62,508 nt of DNA, taken from an uncultured Candidatus Saccharibacteria bacterium. GTDB taxonomy: Bacteria > Patescibacteriota > Doudnabacteria > UBA920. A program made the translations under genes and the position numbers. The notes below the pieces were generated by a model, which saw nothing but the letters and a program-made list of their open reading frames with translations, had not been told where the DNA came from and did not search any database. Of this stretch, positions 55,673-62,508 are shown in pieces. Numbering within the stretch: position 1 is the stretch's first letter; each line of letters opens with the position of its first letter. The stretch lies in NCBI GenBank assembly GCA_964348935.1, contig CAYGEJ010000007.1:1-62508 (forward strand), given 5' to 3'.

Positions 55673-57586
55673 ATGAATAACATTGAACAATTAGCAAAAC
55701 TCATTCGTTATAATGTATTAATTTCTACCACAGAAGCTGGTACCGGGCACCCAAGTTCCAGCCTTTCAGCCGTGGAATTAATGACCGTGCTAATGTTTGG
55801 CCGAAGGTCCGCCGAAGCTTCAGCGAAGGAGGGTGCGTTTTTTAAGGCTGACTTAGATAATCCTCAGAATCCAAATAACGACAGGCTTATTTTTAGCAAA
55901 GGCCATGCCAGTCCTTTATTTTATGCGCTTTATGCAGTAGCTGGAAAAGTTAGTGAAGCTGAATTATTATCTTTGAGAAAATTTGGCAGTAAGCTGGAAG
56001 GTCATCCAACTTTGGAATTTCCATATACCGAAGTGCCAACCGGCTCGTTAGGGCAAGGGCTTTCGGTGGGGGTGGGGATGGCACTCAATGCCAAAGCGGA
56101 TAATACTGATTACAACACTTTTGTTTTATTGGGCGACAGTGAACTGGCCGAAGGAAGTATTTGGGAAGCTATGGATTCTGCCACCCACTACAAACTCAAT
56201 AATTTAGTGGCAATTTTAGACTGTAACCGTTTGGGGCAACGCGGAGAGACTATGTTTGGACATCATACAGAAGTTTATGAGGCTAAAGCCAAAGCGTTTG
56301 GCTGGGAAACGGTTGTTATAGACGGACATGATTTAGAGGCAATAGCTTCTGCTTATAAGCTTATAAACACGTTAGCCGATAAGCCTTTATTTATTATTGC
56401 AAAGACTTTTAAAGGTAAAGGTATTTCTTTTATTGAAGATAAAGACGGCTGGCATGGAAAGGCTTTATCTAAAGAAGAATTGGTTAAAGCTCTTGCAGAA
56501 TTAGGAGAAGTTGATTTGAATTTGGTAGGGGAAGTAGCTTTGCCTAGCGAAAATCCAAATGACAAATCCCAAATGACAAATAAGGATCAAAATTCTAATG
56601 TTCAATTTACAAGTTATGAACCAGGGAAAAAAGTAGCAACAAGAAAGGCTTATGGGAATGTTTTGGCAAATTTAGCAGATGTAAACCCGAATATTGTAGT
56701 TTTAGATGCAGAAACTAGTAACTCAACCTATGCCGATTCGGTAAAAAAGAATCACGCTAATAAATTTTACGAAATGTATATTGCTGAGCAGAATATGGTT
56801 GGAACTGCTTTAGGTTTTTCCAAGCGTGGAAAAATTCCATTTGTTTCTACATTCGCAGCTTTTTTTACTAGGGCTTTTGACCAAATTCGTATGTCTCAGT
56901 ATGCCAATTCCAATATAAAATTTATTGGCAGTCATGGTGGGGTAAGTATTGGGGAAGATGGTGCTAGTCAAATGGCTTTGGAAGATCTGGCTATGTTTCG
57001 TTCTATTTTTGGGAGTGTAGTTTTGTACCCAAGTGATGCTGTTTCCGCGGAGAAATTAATAGTTGAAGCATCTAAGCACAACGGTAATGTTTATGTTAGA
57101 ACAACCAGAATGGAAACTTCAATATTATATAGCGATAAGAGAATAGAGAATAGAGAAAAGGATATCACATTTCACGAATTTAAAATTGGGGGTTCTTGTA
57201 CTTTAAAATCATCAAATTCAGATGTGGCAACGGTGGTGGGAGCTGGTGTTACCCTTCACGAAGCTTTAAAAGCTTATGAACAGCTACAAAAAGAAGGAAT
57301 TAATATTAGAATTATAGATTTATACTCCATTAAGCCACTTGATGTTGCAACGTTAAAGAAGTCTGCGGAAGAAACAAAAAATATTGTTGTGGTGGAAGAC
57401 CATTATGCGGAAGGGGGAATAGGCGAAGCTGTCGCCAGTGCACTGGCGACCAGTGTAAAGTTATCAAGTTACAAAGTTTCAAGTCTCGCAGTGCGCAAAA
57501 TGCCGAAAAGTGGAAAGCCAGAGGAATTGTTGGCTTATGAGGAAATAGATGCGAATGCTATTGTTAAACAAATTAAAAAGTTGTAG
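55673..57586 (+). CDS. tkt: transketolase
   Basis: GHPSSSLS, SKGHA, EGHP, GSLGQG, GDSELAEG, IAEQN, GEDGASQ. Confidence 0.96.
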   Translation: MNNIEQLAKLIRYNVLISTTEAGTGHPSSSLSAVELMTVLMFGRRSAEASAKEGAFFKADLDNPQNPNNDRLIFSKGHASPLFYALYAVAGKVSEAELLSLRKFGSKLEGHPTLEFPYTEVPTGSLGQGLSVGVGMALNAKADNTDYNTFVLLGDSELAEGSIWEAMDSATHYKLNNLVAILDCNRLGQRGETMFGHHTEVYEAKAKAFGWETVVIDGHDLEAIASAYKLINTLADKPLFIIAKTFKGKGISFIEDKDGWHGKALSKEELVKALAELGEVDLNLVGEVALPSENPNDKSQMTNKDQNSNVQFTSYEPGKKVATRKAYGNVLANLADVNPNIVVLDAETSNSTYADSVKKNHANKFYEMYIAEQNMVGTALGFSKRGKIPFVSTFAAFFTRAFDQIRMSQYANSNIKFIGSHGGVSIGEDGASQMALEDLAMFRSIFGSVVLYPSDAVSAEKLIVEASKHNGNVYVRTTRMETSILYSDKRIENREKDITFHEFKIGGSCTLKSSNSDVATVVGAGVTLHEALKAYEQLQKEGINIRIIDLYSIKPLDVATLKKSAEETKNIVVVEDHYAEGGIGEAVASALATSVKLSSYKVSSLAVRKMPKSGKPEELLAYEEIDANAIVKQIKKL

Positions 57587-57612
57587 GTGCTAAGTTGTAA
57601 AGTTGTAAGTTT

Positions 57613-57969
57613 ATGACAATAAAAACCTTCAAAGAAATATTAGCTTGGCAGAAATCTCACCAGTTAACTTTGTTAATTTACGAATTTACTTCAAAATATC
57701 CTAAGCATGAATTATTTGGACTGGTTAGCCAAAGCAGACGTTGTGCAGTATCGATTCCATCTAATATAGCAGAAGGATTTAAAAGAAAAACTAAAAATGA
57801 TTCTGTTCATTTTTACAATATCGCTGAATCATCACTAGAGGAGCTTAAATATCAAATTTTGCTTGCAAAAGATTTAAAATACATCGATAATAATGAATAT
57901 GAAAAAGTTTATAATTTATCTGAGGATGTAGGTAAATTAATTAACGGTTGGATTAAAGTGCAGAAATAA
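57613..57969 (+). CDS. four-helix-bundle protein (23S rRNA-IVP / Avd-like family)
   Basis: AWQKSH..YPKHELFGLVSQSRRCAVSIPSNIAEG..SLEELKYQ. Confidence 0.92.
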   Translation: MTIKTFKEILAWQKSHQLTLLIYEFTSKYPKHELFGLVSQSRRCAVSIPSNIAEGFKRKTKNDSVHFYNIAESSLEELKYQILLAKDLKYIDNNEYEKVYNLSEDVGKLINGWIKVQK

Positions 57970-58008
57970 CATACAACTTATTAACTTACAACATAAAACA
58001 TAAATCAC

Positions 58009-58950
58009 ATGGACAGAAATTTAGCATTAGAATTTGTAAGAGTTACAGAAGCGGCGGCAATTGCTGCTTCCAAGTGGGTAGGAAAAGGTGAGGCTAAAAT
58101 TGCCGACGGGGCGGCGGTGGATGAAATGCGCGCAAGGTTTAATCAAATAGACTTTAATGGAACCGTAGTTATTGGCGAAGGGAGCAAAGACGAAGCTCCT
58201 GAGCTTTATAATGGCGAAAAAGTTGGTACAGGAAAAGGTCCTAAGGTAGATTTAGCCATAGATCCACTGGAATGTACCGACAGTGTGGCATATGGTCGTT
58301 ACAATGCCATTTCAGTAATAGCTGCTGGTGAGCATGGTAGCCTTTTAAATGGCCCAGATACCTATATGGAAAAGTTAGCGGTGGGGCAAAAAGCGGTAAA
58401 AGCTGTAAAGTTTGGAGCGCCAGCTAAAGTAAATATTCAAAAAGTTGCTAAAGCTTTAGGGAAAAAAGTGGGTGATATAACAGTATGTGTTATGGATAGA
58501 GAGCGTCATAAAGATTTAATTTTAGAAATTAGAAAAGCTGGTGCTAGAGTAAGACTTATAACGGATGGTGACGTAGCTGGAGCAATTGCTCCAAGTATTG
58601 CTGGTAGCGGTATAGATATGCTCCTGGGAACTGGAGCAAGTGCAGAGGCAGTTCTGGCAGGTGTAGCTATTAAAATATTAGGTGGTCAGTTATTTGCGAG
58701 GTTTAACCCTCTTAAAGAAGCTCAAGCCGTGGAAATAAAAAAACATGGGTTAAATACCACCAAAGTTTATTCCGTAAATGAATTATGTAAAGGAAAAATA
58801 TTAACATTTACTGCCACTGGAATAATAGATGGTCCATTATTACAAGGGGTTAGAGATGAGGGAGACATAATTATTACTAATTCTATTGTAATACGTGGAC
58901 AAAGCAGTACTGTTAGGTATATTACAACTCATCATAAAAAAAAGAATTAA
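58009..58950 (+). CDS. glpX: class II fructose-1,6-bisphosphatase
   Basis: RVTEAAAIA, VVIGEG.KDEAPEL, DPLE, YMEK, DGDVAG. Confidence 0.95.
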   Translation: MDRNLALEFVRVTEAAAIAASKWVGKGEAKIADGAAVDEMRARFNQIDFNGTVVIGEGSKDEAPELYNGEKVGTGKGPKVDLAIDPLECTDSVAYGRYNAISVIAAGEHGSLLNGPDTYMEKLAVGQKAVKAVKFGAPAKVNIQKVAKALGKKVGDITVCVMDRERHKDLILEIRKAGARVRLITDGDVAGAIAPSIAGSGIDMLLGTGASAEAVLAGVAIKILGGQLFARFNPLKEAQAVEIKKHGLNTTKVYSVNELCKGKILTFTATGIIDGPLLQGVRDEGDIIITNSIVIRGQSSTVRYITTHHKKKN

Positions 58951-58959
58951 GAAAAAAAT

Positions 58960-59256
58960 ATGTTTGAATATGGAAAAATTTCTGGAGGTCGGGTGCCACT
59001 TGAAGAGTTGCAAAAATGGCGTAGAATTTTGAGCGAAGATGACCCAAAAGGTAGCGCTTTTACACAGCTAGAGCTGGATGATTTTCTATTCAATCAAATT
59101 GTTAAAAGTATGATTGAATATATCAAGGCAGGTCAAGATTTTGAGACTTGGTTTTCTAAATATAAACAAACCTCGGAAAAGACCGAACAGGATCTAGAAA
59201 TGATCAAGGACAGTTTAGCTAATTATTTTTATAGTATTCAGGAGTTACAAAAATAG
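58960..59256 (+). CDS. hypothetical protein
   Basis: 98-aa ORF within the operon. Confidence 0.55.
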   Translation: MFEYGKISGGRVPLEELQKWRRILSEDDPKGSAFTQLELDDFLFNQIVKSMIEYIKAGQDFETWFSKYKQTSEKTEQDLEMIKDSLANYFYSIQELQK

Positions 59257-59285
59257 GTATTACATTATTAAATAATTATAAAACA

Positions 59286-60329
59286 ATGAATAAAGAAGAA
59301 TTATCAAAAATTGCTAAACAAATGGTTGCTCATGGTAAAGGAGTATTAGCTGCCGACGAAAGTATGAACACAGTTGGCAAGCGTTTTGCTGGGATTAATT
59401 TAGAAAATACGGAAGATAACCGTCGTGCATTTAGAGAAATGCTTTTAACTGCACCAAATGAAGGACAGTATATTAGTGGGGTAATTTTATTTGAGGAAAC
59501 TTTAAAACAAAAAACCGGAAACGGTAAAACTTTTGTGGAAGTTTTAAATTCAGAAGGAATTTTACCTGGTATAAAAGTGGATCAGGGTCTTACAGAAAAG
59601 GGAAATGAAAAACTTACCAAGGGTCTGGAAGGGTTGGGGTTGAGGTTGGCAGAATATGTTTCGCTAGGAGCTAAATTTTGCAAGTGGCGCTCTGTTATTA
59701 CAATAGGTGAAGGTTTACCTACTGAAGAAAATATACGTCAAAATGCTAAAGATTTAGCTTCCTATGCTTTAGAATGCCAAAAGGCTGGATTAGTGCCAAT
59801 GGTTGAGCCGGAAGTTTTATTAGACGGCAGTCATGCAATAGAACAAGCAGAAAATGCTAGTGAAAGAATTTTGACAGCCCTATTTGAAGAATTAAATAGT
59901 TTGGGGGTAATTTTGGAAGGGGTAATTTTAAAAACCAGTATGATATTGCCAGGTAAAGATTCTGGTTCAAAAGCGTCCCCAGAAGAAGTTGCAACAGCTA
60001 CACTGCGAGTATTTAATAAAACTTTACCTAAAAATTTGGCAGGTGTGGCTTTCTTGTCTGGCGGGCAAAGCGAACTTGAAGCTACGGTTAATTTAAATGC
60101 AATGCATCAACAAGGTGCTTTGGCTTGGCCGTTAACCTTTTCTTATGCTAGGGCTTTGCAAGACGGGGCAACCAAGACCTGGAAAGGACTTGGAGAGAAC
60201 TTAGAAAAAGCACAAAAAGTGTTTATCCACAGAGCGAAAATGAATAGTTTGGCAAGTGTTGGTAAATATTCTATAGATATGGAAAAGGATTTTAATTTGA
60301 GTGAAAGTGCTAGTATAGGTCAAGACTAA
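59286..60329 (+). CDS. class I fructose-bisphosphate aldolase (eukaryote-type family)
   Basis: GKGVLAADES, PGIKVD, KWRSV, VPMVEPEV, LKTSM, FLSGGQS, TFSYARALQ. Confidence 0.95.
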   Translation: MNKEELSKIAKQMVAHGKGVLAADESMNTVGKRFAGINLENTEDNRRAFREMLLTAPNEGQYISGVILFEETLKQKTGNGKTFVEVLNSEGILPGIKVDQGLTEKGNEKLTKGLEGLGLRLAEYVSLGAKFCKWRSVITIGEGLPTEENIRQNAKDLASYALECQKAGLVPMVEPEVLLDGSHAIEQAENASERILTALFEELNSLGVILEGVILKTSMILPGKDSGSKASPEEVATATLRVFNKTLPKNLAGVAFLSGGQSELEATVNLNAMHQQGALAWPLTFSYARALQDGATKTWKGLGENLEKAQKVFIHRAKMNSLASVGKYSIDMEKDFNLSESASIGQD

Positions 60330-60346
60330 AAACTAAAATATATTCT

Positions 60347-61051
60347 ATGTTATCAGGCAAGAATGAAACACAACCCCAAGAGCATTTAGAGAAAATTCGC
60401 CAGGGAAAAATGAGGAAGGTTCCCGCAAAAACTCTTACGAACATAAACAATGAGTTCGCTAAAGGTTTTGATTTTGTAAAAAAGTATAAAAAAGCCGTGA
60501 GTGTAATGGGTAGCGCTAGGGTTACCCTTCAAAATGGGGTGTATGAAGAGGCTACCAAGTTTGCCTTTAAGCTTTCTAAAGCTGGTTTTACTGTAATTAC
60601 CGGTGGTGGGCCGGGGATTATGGAGGCTGCTAATAAAGGCGCCTTTGAGGCTGGGGGAAAAAGTGTTGGTATTAATATTAAGTTGCCATTTGAACAGCAT
60701 ACTAATCCATATGTCAAAGAAGGGGAATTTTTTAACTTTTTCTTTACTAGAAAAGTTATGTTAGAATATGCGTCATCCATTTATGTTTTTTTTCCTGGTG
60801 GTTTTGGGACGCTAGATGAGTTTTTTGAAATGGTTACTTTAATTCAAACCAAAAAGGTGAGAAAAGTGCCTATTATCTTAGTGAATGAAGCTTTTTGGTC
60901 ACCCCTACTTGATTGGATTTGGACAGTTATTTATCAAAAAAATAAGGCAATAGATGAAAAAGATATGGATTTATACCATTTGGTAGACACAGCTGATCAG
61001 GCATACGATTATATTAAAAGATTGCCAAAAGAAAATCATTTGTTTAATTAG
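60347..61051 (+). CDS. LOG-family (TIGR00730-like) nucleotide phosphoribohydrolase
   Basis: GSAR, TGGGPGIMEAANKGA, FFTRK, PGGFGTLDE. Confidence 0.92.
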   Translation: MLSGKNETQPQEHLEKIRQGKMRKVPAKTLTNINNEFAKGFDFVKKYKKAVSVMGSARVTLQNGVYEEATKFAFKLSKAGFTVITGGGPGIMEAANKGAFEAGGKSVGINIKLPFEQHTNPYVKEGEFFNFFFTRKVMLEYASSIYVFFPGGFGTLDEFFEMVTLIQTKKVRKVPIILVNEAFWSPLLDWIWTVIYQKNKAIDEKDMDLYHLVDTADQAYDYIKRLPKENHLFN

Positions 61052-61101
61052 GGTTTAAAAAAGTATATAGTGTGCAAGTATAAATAGTGTCAAAAGTATT
61101 T

Positions 61102-61473
61102 ATGCCAATTAAAGATTTTGAAGATATATTTGCATGGCAAAAAGCCCATGAATTAGTATTAATGACTTACAAGCTAACAAAAAAGTATCCAAAAGATGAA
61201 CTTTTTGGTTTAGTAAGTCAGTCTAGAAGATGTGCGGTTTCGGTTCCTTCAAACATTGTTGAAGGTTTTAAAAGGTTCGGTTTGCAAGACGATATGCGTT
61301 TTACAAACATTGTCCAAGCTTCTCTGGAAGAGCTTAAATACCAAATGTTATTAGCAAAAGACTTAAATTATATCTCAGAAAATGAATATTCTAATTTTTA
61401 TAAATTAGCTAAAGATTTAACTCATTTAATTTATCTTTGGGTTAAAAGCAAACCAAGTAAAAAACTCTCGTAA
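61102..61473 (+). CDS. four-helix-bundle protein (23S rRNA-IVP / Avd-like family), second paralogue
   Basis: AWQKAH..YPKDELFGLVSQSRRCAVSVPSNIVEG..SLEELKYQ. Confidence 0.92.
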   Translation: MPIKDFEDIFAWQKAHELVLMTYKLTKKYPKDELFGLVSQSRRCAVSVPSNIVEGFKRFGLQDDMRFTNIVQASLEELKYQMLLAKDLNYISENEYSNFYKLAKDLTHLIYLWVKSKPSKKLS

Positions 61474-61539
61474 TTAAGGTGTTAATTATTCGGATTAATA
61501 CTTTTTATACTTCTTATATTTATAAAATATACTTTTCCC

Positions 61540-62361
61540 ATGACAAAAATATTTCTTGATTCCGGAGATCCTTTAGAGACCAGAACTGCTTTGGCAAGGC
61601 TGGAGTTTTTAGACGGTCAAACCACAAATCCAAGTTTAGTTGCTAAAAATCCTGAAGCTGTGGGTAATAAGTTTACCTCAGAAGAAATTTACAATTTTTA
61701 TAAAAAAGTTGTTCAGGAGATTTCTAGCCTAATTCCAGCAGGATCCGTATCTATTGAAGTATATGCCAATGCTAATACTTCTGCGGAAGAAATGCTAAAA
61801 CAAGCAAGGGAATTTTGGCTTTGGATCCCCAACGCCCATATTAAGTACCCAACTACCAAAGAAGGGCTTAAAGCAGCCGAAATAAGTATAAAAGAGGGGA
61901 TGAAAGTAAATATGACTTTAATTTTTACCCAAGAACAGGCTGCAGCGGTTTATTCGGCAACCAAAGGTGCAAAAAAAGGTGATGTTTTTGTTTCTCCATT
62001 TATAGGCAGGTTGGATGATATTGGCCTTCAGGGAACGGATTTAATTCAAAATATAATGGAAATGTATAAAGCCGGGGATGGGCATGTAGAAGTGTTAGCT
62101 GCAAGTACCCGCAATATGCAACATTTATCACAGATATTTAAAATGGGCGTTGATATTGTCACCATGCCTTTAAGTCTTTTGGAAAATTGGAAAAGCCAAG
62201 GTTTAACAGTCGAAGCGCTGGCATCTGTAAAAGATTTAACCCCAATTGATTATAAAGTAATAAATTTAGATAGTCCTTGGGAAAGTTATAATGTGCATCA
62301 TGAACTGACAGTGAAAGGATTGGAGAAGTTTGCTCAGGATTGGAATGCATTAATTAAGTAA
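61540..62361 (+). CDS. tal: transaldolase / fructose-6-phosphate aldolase family
   Basis: IFLDS, TTNPSL, SIEV, IKYP.T.EG, VNMTLIF, VSPFIGRLDD, LAAS.R. Confidence 0.93.
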   Translation: MTKIFLDSGDPLETRTALARLEFLDGQTTNPSLVAKNPEAVGNKFTSEEIYNFYKKVVQEISSLIPAGSVSIEVYANANTSAEEMLKQAREFWLWIPNAHIKYPTTKEGLKAAEISIKEGMKVNMTLIFTQEQAAAVYSATKGAKKGDVFVSPFIGRLDDIGLQGTDLIQNIMEMYKAGDGHVEVLAASTRNMQHLSQIFKMGVDIVTMPLSLLENWKSQGLTVEALASVKDLTPIDYKVINLDSPWESYNVHHELTVKGLEKFAQDWNALIK

Positions 62362-62432
62362 TATCCAAATAAAGTTTTCAATCAACCTACGACCAAAAGA
62401 AAAAGTACAACTTAGTGTTGTACTTTTTCTTT

Positions 62433-62506
62433 TGGTCGGGCTGCTGGGAATCGAACCCAGTCTATCTGCTCCCAAAGCAGACGTACTACCGGTATACTAC
62501 AGCCCG
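62433..62506 (-). tRNA. tRNA-Pro(TGG)
   Basis: Reverse complement reads CGGGCTG...TCTGC-TTTGGGA-GCAGA...GGTTCGATTCC.CAGCCCG-ACCA. Confidence 0.95.
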
Positions 62507-62508
62507 AA

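Noticed and set aside
57613..61473. Diversity-generating retroelement suggested by Avd-like proteins
   Set aside because: No reverse transcriptase and no TR/VR repeat pair are visible in the window.

Overview
AT-rich bacterial chromosome segment using the standard genetic code. The gene content and style suggest a Patescibacteria/CPR genome (inference). It carries housekeeping genes (dprA, pth, der, lepB, rpsU, ftsA, ftsZ, groESL, rpmF, nusB, HU, metK, ndk, mutM, comEC), an NrdR-regulated B12-dependent ribonucleotide reductase plus B12-salvage cluster, and a tkt-glpX-fba-tal sugar-phosphate cluster. A ~13 kb block of orphan genes, partly GC-rich, separates ftsA from ftsZ. Regulatory sites include a CIRCE, tandem NrdR boxes and a SAM-I riboswitch. 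Most striking observations: (1) a complete tRNA-Val(CAC) gene nested inside a 116-nt palindrome-bounded insert at position 37/38 of a tRNA-Val(TAC) gene; (2) a GxxExxY nuclease gene bounded by 32-bp inverted repeats, with two gene-less copies of the same ends elsewhere in the window, plus analogous repeat-flanked four-helix-bundle genes; (3) palindromic and heptamer repeat elements inserted in-frame in enzymes; (4) a HisRS paralogue with degenerate catalytic motifs; (5) several promoter-to-terminator units with no ORF that fold into structured RNAs; (6) boxA-like sites and strong SD sequences ahead of GC-rich orphan genes. All calls were made by eye, with no database searches.
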